NCBI RefSeq assembly: GCF_009914755.1
Contig: NC_060930.1
Direction: 5' to 3' (one strand)
Source of the DNA: the human T2T-CHM13v2.0 reference genome, Homo sapiens
DNA: 64,000 nt
Shown: positions 14,961 through 29,910 of the stretch, piece after piece
How positions within the stretch are numbered: the stretch's first letter is position 1
Layout: every line of letters starts with the position of its first letter
The notes under the pieces: generated by a model
Database searches by the model: none
Told to the model about the DNA's origin: nothing
The model's input: only the letters and a program-made list of their open reading frames with translations
Translations under genes and position numbers: made by a program

Positions 14961-17900
14961 TTAAGTGAAAACAGCAAAATACAAAATTGAATATGTACTA
15001 TAACAATATATGCAAAATATACTCAGATTTATAAAAATTAGAATGTAGAAAAGTAAATATAGCTCTTCATAATTTTGTTCTGAAGTTTAAAAATATATAT
15101 ATTTTTGAATGGATAACTTTCTTTTTCTAAATGCTTACAGTAGAGCCCACGATGGTTGTTAAAAGCCCCCAGGTTCAGCCTTCTTTAATTGTGTGGTCAG
15201 CCTGCCATCAACCCGAGGCCTCCCTCTGCTGGGCAAATTTGGGAACACATTGAGAAATCCTTACACGTAATTCCTTCTCTTCATGTTCCTGGTGAGCATT
15301 TTTCCCATTGGGTTTCCATACTCTGCCCTCTTGAAGTCCTGCACCCTGACATTGCAGTGTCATTCCTCTTCTACTGAAGTCTACAACTATTAGCTTATTG
15401 TCTCTAGCAAGTCTCCCTTTAGCTACAAATATCATTCAGAGTTTTACCTTTCAGAAACTTTCTCCATGAGCATTCTGGAGTAGACTCTAGGTGCACTAGG
15501 TGCAGTTAGAAAAAGTTCTGATTTGTTGGTGGAGCTATAGGAGGAGAGACAATGGTGGGCTGGAGAAGGGTGTCTACATGCAGAGAAACTGACTGGAAAC
15601 TCAGAGAGATGATGGGGATTAAAATAATCCTATTGAATCTGCACAAAAGTGTTTTATTATAATTGATCCTGAACTATGTAAAGGTAAGCTCCAGTGAGTA
15701 GTTACAGTCTGTCCCTAAGATGGACTCTTTCTTTTTGCTTTTATTTTTATTGTATTTATTTTATTGTATTTTTTTTTTCTAAAGACAGGGTCTTGCTATG
15801 TTACCCAGGGTGGTCTCAAGTGGTCCTCCTGGCATCAAATGATCCTCCCACCTCAGCCTCCCAAAGCGCTAGGATTACAGGTGTGAGCTACCACACCCAA
15901 ATGATTCTTTCTTTTCAAATACAGAGTTCAGCAGCAATTTTAAAGAAGTACTGAACTCTACTGCCTGGAAGATGGAATGGCCCTCACAATTCTTCCAGGC
16001 AAGCTCTGCACTCAGTGGTATGGACCACAAGGCAAGCCCATTAAGGGGTTAAATTACTGACAAACAATAATTTCTAAATATGAACATTTCAGGAGGAACT
16101 AAGATGGCTCCTTCTTGGAGAATAAGTTGGCCGGCTTCTCTAGTTATCAGACTATCAGATGGGGAGGAAAGAGCCCCTCTGTCCCGGTGAGACAGGACCC
16201 GCCAGCGCCCAAGCTCTAAGGCTTTCTGATGAGCAAATGGGGTTTCCATCTTTCTAGCTTCAGGACTCGTAACTACTCAGATTATTTCCTTCAATCTGGA
16301 TATTCAAGACAAGAACAGTTCATGGTGTTGCGAAGGCCCAGATTTAAATCACATATGCAAAGATACTGACATTCAGTGGAGGGTCACTTAGATTATAGCC
16401 AGATGACTTTCCCTAAATTGATAGCTCAAATGGTAGTTGTGGATATTTTTGCTCTTAGTTACTTGCATAGTCACTTGCCAGAGGTAATAAAGTTTTAGTG
16501 TGGTTGTGGAAAATAATGGCCATATATTTAGGAACAAAATTTTAATGATGATTGAAAACTGAATTAGCTTTAACATGTGAATATGCTCAGGGGACATAGG
16601 ACCACAGATCTCTGTTCCTTCCTATTGCCACTTCTTTCCTTTCCCTGGTAGCATGCTTCCATTACCCATTACTTCAAACACTGTTTCTGTGTCTCCAACT
16701 CCCTTGCATCATGGTCTTTTCATTATTCAGACACTGACACAGCTCGATTATGGGTAAACTTTTTTCTGTGGCTACAGAAGAGTTGAGCATGGCTGAAGCA
16801 TCGTTGAGCATGACTGAAGAAAAACACCTAACCTTGAATTTTTTGATCAATATAAATTTATATCCACAGATTTTACCTGACTGATCTTCATTGCCCACCA
16901 GTCCTACAAAGTTTGCCAGATTGGTTCTGTTTCCACTTTACATACTCAGCAAATACTTATTAAGCACACACTTTGTGTTAGGCTTAAGTGTAGATATTGA
17001 AGAGGCACTGGTGAATGAGCAGAGGCTCTGCCCCCATGGGACCTGCATGCTATTTGGCAGCTCTTTCAGACATTCTCCTCTCTCAAAGCTTTGAGCCCCT
17101 CTATACCCCTATAAGCACCTACTTTCAGCTGCTCCCTCACTCCCCCCTTCATGGGGGAAATAACAGCCATCGTGGTAAAACCTCCACTGCCTGACAGAGC
17201 TATATTTACCATCTTTTCTTTAATTTTTATTTTTAATGGACACAGTTGTATATATTTATGGGGTACTATGTGATATTTTGATACATGTATAGATTGTGTA
17301 ATGATCAAATCAGGAATTAGATCAGTTTTTTGTCTTTTTTTTGGTAAAAGATAATCTTTTATACTCTTTTGGTCCTGAAAAATGGAGGAGTGCCATATTA
17401 GGATTCCAACAGAAAAAGTTAAACCAAAAGAATATATGAAGGGCATATAATGAAGGGATATCTACAAAGTTGTGACAGGGCTAATGGGAAGAACAGGGGA
17501 TATGAGGCAGCCCAAGATCAGCAACAGTAGTGATCCAGTGTCACCCTGTGCTGGTTATGAAGATTTAGTCTCTTCTATCTTTTCCAATACCGCTTTGCTA
17601 GCCACCTCCCCAAACCCTACCAATAGAAAGCACTGGAGGAAGACTAGAGGGCTGGAAGGATGTGAAAAGATTTCCCACTTTGTTTGTTGACATCCTCACA
17701 GAATGGGTTCTTCAACCTGGCAGTGGCAGTTGAATCCAGTAACAGCAGTTGGCTTCAGTTTGGAGATCTTCCATGCTCCTAAAATCAGCCTCATCATGCC
17801 TCTATCTACAGACATATCATCATCAGTGGTCCAGCATACACTCCTCAGAGGTCCCAGTTCTGGGGATCTCTTCAAAGAATCTTTTCCTTGTTCTCCTAAA

Positions 17901-18933
17901 CCTGGAGGTGGTAGTTGCTTTCTGTCATTACTATCTCTGATACGTTTGTTCCACTTTTCCATTTTCAGTCCTCTTATAACTAGTTAACAACCATTCCCAT
18001 AAAATTCTTTGTTCAATTTCAGTGCAATTTCTAGCTCCCAGTTATACCCTGACAGACACACCTTTAAATCTGAAGAGGCAATGGGAGGGAACCTGTAACC
18101 AGAGCTAGGCCAGAGCTGGGACTGTGGAGGAAGAGCTGCCCACCAAGCAGGGGGGTGATGCAGGGAATAAGTACACTAACCTCTCTCTCCTTTGCCATCT
18201 ACATTCCTGCTGGGCTGATCACTGGCCAAATCCAGCTGTTGCAAGAGGGCAGGGCTGCCCAGCTAATGCTATCTGTAGAAGCTGGGCTTCTGGGGCACAG
18301 AGCAAGTCAGAGACAGGCAGAACAGGGATGTGGGTTTGGACCAAACACTGAATAAACCAGATCAAGGATTCTTCTATCAAGACAAGTTTATATACTTGCA
18401 GCTTGATCCCATTGTTTCCCTTAGATAACTGTGCACTTGTTTTTGTCTGCCCTCTTTCCTGTGTCTACACTCTTCCTGTCTTATTCTATTTACACATAGC
18501 TCAGTCTTTTCCAATTAAAAAAAAAAAAAAAAAGCTTTCCCTCTCCCAAATCTCCATGCAGCTGCTGACTTCTCTCTTCCAAAGCCACACTGTGGGAGAG
18601 TCAGTTACACCTCCTGACCTCTGACAGGTGCAACACACTATAGTGAGGCTTCTGCCCTTGGTATTCCTCTGGCTCCATTATTTACAAGGTCACTAATGAC
18701 TTCCTATTTCTAAATCCAGAGTGCCTTTTTAGTTATCTTCCTTGCCTTCTTGGCATCTCTAGATAACAATACTTGTCTCATTCTAACTTTTGTCTCTCCT
18801 TACAGCTCTTTCATTCATAATTCATTGTTATTCAGTTGGAGCCTTGATGGTGTTAGGGAGAAGCAGCATTCTGTAGTCAAAGTGTTAAGCCTCAGTTTAT
18901 TAGCATGCCTATATCTTGGGGCTGGGACCGTCA

Positions 18934-19143
18934 CAAGTGTTTATAATGATACAACTCCTCCTCCTCCTCCTTCTCCTCCTCCTCTTCCTCAAGTGTTTAT
19001 AATGATACAACTCCTCCTCCTCCTTCTCCTCCTCCTCTTCCTCAAGTGTTTATAATGATACAACTCCTCCTCCTCCTCCTTCTCCTCCTCTTCCTCAAGT
19101 ATTTATAATGATACAACTCCTCTTCCTCCTTCTCCTCCTCCTC
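18934..19143. repeat. Minisatellite, 4 x ~53 bp
   Basis: Unit CAAGTGTTTATAATGATACAA + (CTC/CTT)n starting at 18934, 18990, 19043 and 19096. Confidence 0.95.
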
Positions 19144-20816
19144 AGACCTTTGCTCCTTTCCTGGCTGCACCATTTCCAATTTATTTTCATGAAGCTCTGA
19201 TCCCTGTTGACTAATTTTCTTCCCTTAAGTGAGACAGAAAGCCTAGATGAGGCTGCAGTGGGAAGAATTACCTTCTCCCAGCTGGGATAAGACTCTGGCA
19301 AAATGTTTTCCCCTTGAGAGTAGGCCTTTGTTTTGAAGAAGGTTCTGGGGTGTATTTCATAATAATTCTTCTCTCCCTGCCAAAGCCACAAGAGGATCCT
19401 TCTCAGATCTTCACTGCAGGAACCTGGTGGGCTTTCTGATGCCCACAAAAGTGTGGGAGCTTCTCACTCTCATGGGCATTCACAGTTGGCCTCCAGCTTT
19501 TTGTCAGAGTTACCAATTTAAATGTTCTCAAATGTGATACTGTCTCAACTTCCAGGACATCACACACTCATGATTTTCTACTATCCTGACATTTGCAGTC
19601 TTTTTAGCAGATCTCCCTCCCTCTCCCTGCACCATGGGTATTGGTCATCTCAGGATCTGTCCCAGGCTTTCTACTCTTCATGCCCTTTGAGACAACACAT
19701 GATCTGACCTGCCCTTTCAGGAAGAAATGTTCTGTCTACCTACTTGCTCCAGTTAAAAACCCTAGTGTCATCTTTGACCCTTCTCATCCCTACATCTAAT
19801 CTGTTGATTCTACCTCCTAATTTTCTCTCAAACGCATCTATTTTTCTTCAATTTCAGTGCTACTCTCTTGCTCTAATTGTACATCATCTTTTTTAGAATT
19901 ACTGTGACATTTTCTTGCCTCCAGTTCTGCCTCAGTCCATCCACTTCACAGCTAAATTTTGGATGTACACTTCTGAACTATTACTGTAGCAAAAGTAATA
20001 TGTAATAACTGTAATGCAGAAATATAAAATATGCAATATAAAAGAAATACATGCATAAATGATCCCAACACTAAGGAAACAATATTGATCAATAATTAAA
20101 TAATTGGTGGATAGTGAATGACAACATAGAGCAAAGTGTTCAGTAGGTTTTAAAAGCTGTGGGTTCAATAAATGCTCATGAAGCTTGTTCAGGGGCTTGA
20201 AAAATATGTAATTTGAATTTTTAAAGAAAAGGAATTTCAGATAAGAAAAAACATACATAACATGAAACAATACTTGTGGTGGTTTCAGGGAGGTCATGTT
20301 CTCACATTCAGGTGCCAAGGCCACCGTACATCCGGACACTGAGGCCACGGACTTGGTCTGCAACCTCCATGACAGCCTTGTAGATTTGAAACCGAACTCC
20401 AAGGAGCAGTTGTGCTGTGAGTTCCAGAGTTTGGGGACAGAGGAAACACCATTCTTTGGAAGTCTAACTTCCTTAAGAGGTGTCCCTTAGACATCTAGTG
20501 TCCGGTGTTATGGAGGTCCTTGTGCTCTGAGGAAGGAGCCCCTTGTTGATTGATGGAGCAAAATTTTTTTAAACAAGGAACTGTACCCGTATCTGGGCAT
20601 GAAGCCAGAGAAATCCCTGAGGGCAGGGCCAAGGCTCTCAAAGATTTTCAGGGAGATTCCCAGCCTTTTTAAGTCTCGCCTATTCTTTTTTTTTTCTCTA
20701 ACTGGCCATTTTGTATATATGGAGGTTATTGATTTTTTTGCTTTTATATCCTGATATTTTAATAACTGTTCATTTTTTAGTTATTTGAATTATCTACATT
20801 GATTATTTGAATGTTC

Positions 20817-21114
20817 TTTTTTTTGTTTTTTTGAGACGAAGTCTCGCTCTGTCGCCCAGGGTGGGGTGCAGTGACAGGAACTTGGCTCACTGCAACCTCT
20901 GCCTCCTGGGTTCAAGCGATTCTCCTGCCTCAGTCTCCTGATTAGCTGGGATTACAGGTGCCCGCCACCACACCCAGCTAATTTTTGTATTTTTACTAGA
21001 GATGAGGTTTCACCATGTTGGCCAGTCTGGTCTCAAACTCCTGACCTCAGGTGATCCACCCACATCGGCCTCCCAAAGTGCTGGTATTACAGACATGAGC
21101 TATTGCACTTGGGC
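20817..21114 (-). mobile_element. AluS
   Basis: Alu dimer. Confidence 0.9.
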
Positions 21115-21689
21115 TTTGAATTTTCTACGTATCTGACTTCTACGAAGAAAACTATAATGTATTACTCAGATAAATTAAACAGGAAAACTAAATAATGGAG
21201 GAGTATATTTACAGTTGAAGCGGTCAATATTTTAAAGGTATTAATTGTCCCCAAACTGATCTACAAAACCATTGTAATCCTAATCAGATTCCCAATAAGC
21301 TTTATTATAGAAATTGACAAACAGGGTTCAAATTTAATACACAAATCCAAGGGCCCAAAATAAACAAATCTGTTGCTTTATTAAATATCAAAACTGATAA
21401 AATGACAATAATCAGGGCAGTGTTGTCCAAAAATAGACAAACGAATGGAACAGGCTCAAACAAATATGGACATTGATTTACATCTAAAGTGGCACCATAC
21501 AACAATGGTGAAAGGACTCTTGTAAATAAATGGCATGGGACAATTGTATAGCCTTTTAAACAGAAAAAGAACAAAAAGGAAAAAAAAAGAAACTTGACCC
21601 CCTACTTCACACTATACACAAAAAACAATTCCAGGGGAACTAACATGAAAAGCAAAATAAAGTTAAACATGAAAAGCAAAATAAAGTAT

Positions 21690-23232
21690 ATGGTAAAAAA
21701 TTTATCTTACCCAAAAAGAGGTCTAGCCTTTGCCCTCAGCTACTGGGAGATGAATTTTAGACCCTTGAAATGTTCTCACTGATAAGTGTGTCTTTGTTTA
21801 CCTGGAGGTTTTGACCACCACACAGTCAACAATGTGATTTATAATAGGAACTTTGAGCCACACAGTATCAGCTCTACCTGTGGAGGTAGACTAAAAGATC
21901 GGCCATGTGAGCAGTCAACCATGGCAGGCCATTAAAACTGCACACTGAGGCTCGGGTGAAATACAGTTCTCTTGTATACGGTTTCTACATGGTTTTAGTT
22001 CCTGTGGTCTACTGCAGTCCAAAAATAATAAACGGTAAATTTCAGAAATAAACATTCACCTAACTTTTATACAGTATATTCTTAACAATTATTCTAATTT
22101 ATTGTTATTAATCTCTTACTGTGCCTAATTTATAAATTAAGCCTTATCATAGCTGTGTCTGTATAGGAAAAAACAGCTATATAGAGTTCAGTACTATCCA
22201 TGGTTTCAGACATCCACTGGAGGTCCTGGAACATATGTTTTGTGCATAAGTGGGGACTGCTCTGTACGTCATGTGTATTGTCACACATTAATGCTGGGAA
22301 AGTAATACTGTTCATATTACTGGGAGAGGACAACTGGAAGCTCATATTTGGAACTTGCCTGGATTGTGCCTATATTAGTTTCCTAGGGCTGCTGTAACAA
22401 AGAGCTAGAAGCTAGGGTGGCTTAAAACAACAAATATATTCTCTTGTAGTTCTGGAAGCTAGAAATCTGACATGAAGGTATCATTAGATCTATGCTTCCA
22501 CTGAAGCCTGTAGGAAAATCCTTCCTTGACTCTTCCTAGCTTCTCGTACTTGCTGGCAACCTTTGACATTCCTTGACCTGCAGCTGCATAACCGCAGTCT
22601 CTGCCTGTGTGTGTCTGTCTTCACGTGACCACCTTAGAAGAATACTAGTTCTATTAAAAAATATATATATACTACTTCTTCTAAGTCACCAGCCCATCAT
22701 ACTGTACTATAACCTCATCTTAACTAATTATATCTGCAACTATCCTATTTCCAAATAAGGCCACAATTCTGAGGTACTGGGAGTTGGGACTTTAAACATA
22801 TCTTCTGGGGGCAAGGGAGATCTGCATACAATTCGATCCATAATACTGCCTTGTGTGTTTCTTTTCTCAGCTGATTTTAATCTTTATTCCTTGAGTTGTT
22901 TCCCCTTTTCAACTATTACAAACAATGAATTTTGCTGTGTATGTGTCTTGGTATATATGTGCACACATATCTGCTGTTTGTATACCTCAGAGTGAAATTG
23001 TTGGGTCAAATGCTAAAATCTTTTTAAAAGTAGTTGTATAATTTTACATTGCATTGGAATGACATAATAAGCTATATATCCTATAATAAATTGTAACCAT
23101 GAGGCTAACAGCTTCAGCAAGTTCTGTGAGTCCTTTTAGCAAATTACTAACCTAAGGTTGATTGGGAACCACAGACCTCCCAACTTATAATTGGTGTTAG
23201 AAGTGAGGGTAGTCTTGAGAACTAATTTCACA
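21690..23232 (+). mobile_element. MER21-like LTR with nested MER2-like DNA element and MLT1 LTR
   Basis: CCAAAAAGAGGTCTAGCCTTTGCCCTCAGCTACTGGGAG start, interrupted at about 21960-22260 and 22370-22845. Confidence 0.55.
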
Positions 23233-23345
23233 AGAAGGTATTATAAAATAAGATCTTCATGACCTTGAAATAGAAAATGATTTTTTAAATAAGATACAAA
23301 AAAGGTTGTGCATAAAAGGGCAGTGTGCTTAATTTGAGTACACTA

Positions 23346-24015
<670 letters not shown>

Positions 24016-24079
24016 AGAAAGGACAAAAAGGACAAAAAGACAGCTATCTTAAACCAACAAGAAAAAACACAATCTTTTT

Positions 24080-24652
24080 GGCCTAAATTGTGTTCCCCCA
24101 AAATTGATGTTGAAACTCTAACACCCAATGTGCCTATATTTGGAGATAGGGATTTTGGGACTTTATGGAGATATTTAAGGTTAAATGAGGTCATAAGAGT
24201 AGGCCAGTAGTCTGATAGATCTGGTGTCCTTATAAGAAAAGGAAGAGACATGAGGTCATTTTATGGGCATATGAAGAGGCCACATGAGGACACAAAAGGC
24301 GACTGCTGTGGTTTGAATATGAGATGACATCTCACATCTGCCATAACAGTAAGAAGGCCCTTGCCAGAGGTGGGCCCCTCGACCATAGGCTTTATAGCCA
24401 CCAGAATTGTAAGAAATAAATCTGTATTCTTTATAAATTATTTGGTCTCTGGTATTCTGTTCAGCACCAAACAATCTAAGACAGCAACTATCTTCAGGTC
24501 AATAAGAGAGCCCTCACTAGAAACTGAATCTCTTGGCACCTCAATTTAGGATTTCTGGCCTGGCCTTTAGAACTGTGAGGTAATAAATTCCTTTTGTTCA
24601 AGCTACCTAGTCTAGTATTTTTGTTATGGCAGCCCAAGTCGACTGATATACA
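24080..24652 (+). mobile_element. MLT1-type MaLR LTR
   Basis: TTTGGAGATAGGG...GGTTAAATGAGGTCATAAG...GTTATGGCAGCCC. Confidence 0.6.
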
Positions 24653-26511
24653 ATCCAATTAAGAAAAAATGGGCAAAAGATGTAAAATAAAACCATAATG
24701 AGATAATACTGCACATCTGCCACAATGGATAACATCTTCAAAAGATTAACAATTTTAATTGGAAAAAAATATTGGGAAGTATATGGAAGAACAGGAATTC
24801 CCAGCTAGATTCCATCAACATTAGGTTTGTGAGGTTCATCCATGCTGTTTATAACTGTGGTTTTAATTTTCATTTCATCGCATGTAAACCTAATATCACC
24901 ACTTTCAAAAAGAGTTTAGCATTTGACCCAACAATTCCTCTCCTAGGTATACAAACAAAATATGTATTCCTATATATACCAAGACACATACACAGGAATA
25001 TTCACGGTATTGTTTATATTAGCTGAAAAAGGGAAGCAAATATGCATCAACAGTAGACACCTAAATTGTTGCACTCATAACATGGAATATTACATAACAA
25101 TAAAAATGAATTAAAGTTATACACAGCAACACAGATGAATCTATTCAAACCTAATGTTCTGGAGTGAAATATGTCAGGTACATAGGATTACATTTGTTTT
25201 ATTTCCATTTTATATGTTTCAAAAACAGGCATACTAAATTACAGCATTGGAAATCAAAATAGGGGTTATGTTTAGGGCAGATGGAGTGATAATGTGACTG
25301 GAAGCAAGCATCAGGCGGCTCTGGGAGGGTTGGCTGATTTTCTGTTTTTTTACTTGTGTGGCAATTATTATGGTGTTCACTTTGTGTTCATTTATTGAGC
25401 TTTGCATTTTTGTTTTGCTGTGGTTTTCTGTTTATATGTTATGCTTCTCAGTTTAAAGAATGTTGAAATCTTCTAATACGAAATTTTTTTTCAATGAGAA
25501 GGATTTTAAGCATCCAGAATCAATTTTAAAATCTCCAATTTGCTTTATATGTAGGTTTATGGACTGCTTAACTGCTACTCATTTTTTCCTTCATTTATCA
25601 ATAGTGAAATATGAAATTAAAATAATGACTATTTGTGGCAAAATTAGGGACTATGTAGCATATTAACAACTTTATAAATAAAAGAATAAATCAACTCACC
25701 TGGGAGTTGTTACTGTCATTGACCTAATGCTATTTCCCATGGTACTCCTTGTCCCCATTGAGAGACATGAGATACTGCAGATTTATGGGTCACTTTCAAC
25801 ATGTCTCCTCCAGGCCTCATTTTAGAGAAGCATAACATCATGAGGTTCTATACAGGCAAGATCTAGGCTTGTGTCCTTGAACCTTGCATTCCCTCTCAAG
25901 AGCCAACCAATAATTGAATGATCCTATAAAAAACACAGAAACACAGAGAATGGTAGCAGAAAGCGGATGCTTACCAAACCTATTTTCTCTTTTTCTAAGC
26001 AAGGAATAAGAATAACTTACCTTCCTCCCTTGGAGTTAGGAGTTCTTATGTAGAAAGGGAGGCAGAGTGACCTTCAAGAGAGTTTGGAAGGGGGAGTGAT
26101 AAATCAGTTTAAAGAGAGCACCCACTGATTCTTAGATAACTTATTCTACTTTCCTTCTCACTCTTTTGCATTGACCATGGCTTAGAATATATTTGAGGAA
26201 AAGCATACTGTCCATAAGGTATTATTGCCCTTTAAAGCTGTTGGGGGGTACTATGGGATGGTATTCAGTGAGAGCAGGACAGAGTCTCTACAGAATTTTC
26301 TCTGACAAAACAAAAACTAAATGACTTCCAAGGCTTCTCTAGCTCTAAGCATTCCACAATTCTTTGGAAAGCTGGAATCTAAAATTGCCTTAAAATTAAA
26401 AAATAAGAACAGTTAGGGTGTACAGTCTTTACCATATTTATATAGAATCATCAGTCTTCAGTGTGATACTGTGCTTGAACCAACAGAAGGACTGATGAAA
26501 CAGAAGACAAA

Positions 26512-27670
<1,159 letters not shown>

Positions 27671-28316
27671 ACGTGTTTTTTTTTTTTTTTTTTAAAAAAA
27701 CAAAACCACAAGTATGCATGTATATAGATAGGTGTATGTAAAATACTTAGTTCAAAGAAAAACATGTATATTTCTCACAAAAATAGGTGAGAATTTTTGT
27801 TTTAAAGGATAAACCTAGGTAGCTACATATTAGTTTGAGGAAGGGGGAACAGGGATGTGATGTGCCTGTATCCCTGACTTTAGACGATGGAAGGAGCTAA
27901 GCAAAACAATTGAAAAAAGACCGTTTGAAAAATACAACTGATTATTAACTCATATGCACACACGCAAAAATAAACTTTTAGAATTGAACTGCACTAAGTA
28001 AAAGTGAGTAAACTTGGCTCATCATATACTCTTGTCAGATGTAAACAAAAAAGTCCAATTATTAAAATCTGACCCCCAGAATTAAAATTGCAAAAGCTTA
28101 AAGGGGCAGTTCTGAGAAAAGGATCTTCAGTTTTGAATGTGTGGGCTCCACCAGGGTTGAAAATCCTGCACGATTGATGAAACACGATCCAGTTAAGCAC
28201 AGTAATTTTCAAATATCCAATCAGGGCGCTTCCGTTTCTAAAAACAGAGAAACCGAGCAAGGGATTTTGGGTTGCAGCTCTAAAACTCCAACAAACTAAG
28301 CTCCTTTGTCCTGACA

Positions 28317-28548
28317 AGGGCCTAAACCAAGTCGACAGCCCGTAAGTGCACCCATGGTAAGGCGCTGCACAAAGAAAGCATTTTGCGTTTCAAAGCTTTG
28401 TCATGATGGCGCTGCAGAAAGCAAGCGAGCTAGGCCTACCTGGCGGGGCTTTCAGAGGACGCCAACGTGGGCGCCAGCCACGCCAGCAGGGTCACCGTCC
28501 TTCCCAAGGACAGACAGCTCGCTAGCCACTCCTGTGGAGAGGGCGTGG
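28317..28548 (+). pseudogene. Unprocessed H3 pseudogene with a large internal deletion (possibly the locus catalogued as HIST1H1PS2/H3P26; from recall, unverified)
   Basis: RA*TKSTARKCTHGKALHK vs [19 protein letters not shown] (12/19), joined almost directly to [51 protein letters not shown] upstream and a stem-loop relic downstream. Confidence 0.9.
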
Positions 28549-28950
28549 TTAAGCCATATATTTTGCCAACTATCCCAGAAGCATTTCTTAGGACCACCCA
28601 ATTTCGGAAAATGCTACTTTAGCAATATTGACCCCAAAACGCAATATCCCCACTTTAACCTTGTATAATAAAAAGCCTCAAGCCTGGGACTGGGCTTCAA
28701 CCTTGGTTCAATACGGTTATGACTAATTAGCTTGGAGTCGTGAGACGCGGGACTTCCGGCTACCGAAACCCAGGTGACTTTAAAACTCGATTTTAACTCG
28801 GTGCATTTGAATTCACCTTGCTATCTTTGATAGATTGAGTAGTAAATTCTTACTAGATGAGGCTATGTTAAAGTTCTATCGACTCTCCAAGTGATTCTAA
28901 TATAATTGAGGGCGTGTTGCATTTGCTTGGGGGATTTCATCTGTGTACTA

Positions 28951-28992
28951 CAGCTCTTTTCCTGAAATGCGTAGGTGGCTCTTAAAAGAGCC
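28951..28992 (-). terminator. H1-1 3' stem-loop and HDE
   Basis: GGCTCTTTTAAGAGCC (28977-28992, minus strand) then ACCTA; HDE AAAAGAGCTG at 28951-28960. Confidence 0.96.
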
Positions 28993-29024
28993 GTTGGGTT
29001 ACTAGAAGAAACTTCTAACTGAAT

Positions 29025-29672
29025 TTACTTTTTCTTGGGTGCCGCTTTCTTGGGTTTGGCAGTCTTTGGCTTCGTCACCCTAGCCTTGGCCGCCTTGGGT
29101 TTTACAGCCTTAGCTTTAGCAGGGCTTTTAGCTACTTTCTTGGGCTTTACAGTTTTGGGTTTTTTTGGATTCTTGGAGGATTTCCTTGTTGCCGCAGGCT
29201 TTTTAGCCTTTTTCGGAGTCTTGACGCTCTTTTTGCTAGCCCCCGTGGCCTTTTTGAGCTTTTTAGATGCACCCGTTGCCTTAGTTTTTGTAGCCACCTT
29301 TGAGGCGCCGGGCTTGGTTTCCACGGAGGACGCCTTCTTGTTGAGCTTGAAGGAACCCGAGGCTCCGGTACCCTTTGTCTGCACCAACGTTCCCTTGCTT
29401 ACCAGGCTCTTAATGCCCAGCTTAATGCGGCTGTTGTTCTTCTCCACGTCGTAGCCTGCGGCCGCCAGCGCCTTTTTAAGAGCTGCCAACGACACACCAC
29501 CACGCTCCTTAGAGGAGGAAGCAGCCTGCACGATCAGCTCTGACACGGAAGGGCCAGCGGGTTTTTTCTTGGAGGCTGCTGCAGCCTTAGCAGGTTTCTT
29601 TGCCTTCTTGCCAGCTAAAGGTTTCTCAGGAGCAGCAGAAGCGGCGGGGGCGGGAGGCACTGTTTCAGACAT
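29025..29672 (-). CDS. H1-1: Linker histone H1.1 (215 aa)
   Basis: ATG at 29672 (the ORF track's upstream GTG is not the start). [17 protein letters not shown], globular domain GPSVSELIV...[11 protein letters not shown], Lys/Ala/Pro-rich tail. TATA upstream, stem-loop downstream. Confidence 0.98.
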
Positions 29673-29750
29673 GGTGACTAACACAGCACACCAAATAAAG
29701 TGGTATAAACCTGACGAAGCAGGATGCGAAAAAAAGGCCCCAACGCAGCC

Positions 29751-29910
29751 TATTTATAGGGTGGGACTGCGCCGTGATTGGTGCCCGTCAGTGCCCGCCC
29801 CTCGCGCCCTAGCGCCCCCTGCGCGCTGCCGAGGGTTTCGCCCAGTCTCAGAAGGCAGCTGGGGGCCTCTAGGGCCTATGGTCCTGCTCCCCTCAACGCA
29901 AGCAAACACA
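29751..29910 (-). promoter_or_regulatory. H1-1 promoter
   Basis: TATAAATA at 29751-29758 (minus), CCAAT at 29777-29781, GC box at about 29793-29801, CTCF-like motif at 29812-29825. Confidence 0.9.

Noticed and set aside
18934-19143. Repeat-spacer look (CRISPR-like)
   Set aside because: Human DNA; the 'spacers' are near-identical (CTC)n tracts, so this is a minisatellite.
28700-28716. B-box-like GGTTCAATAC suggesting a tRNA gene
   Set aside because: No A box or cloverleaf; no tRNA gene can be supported in this window.
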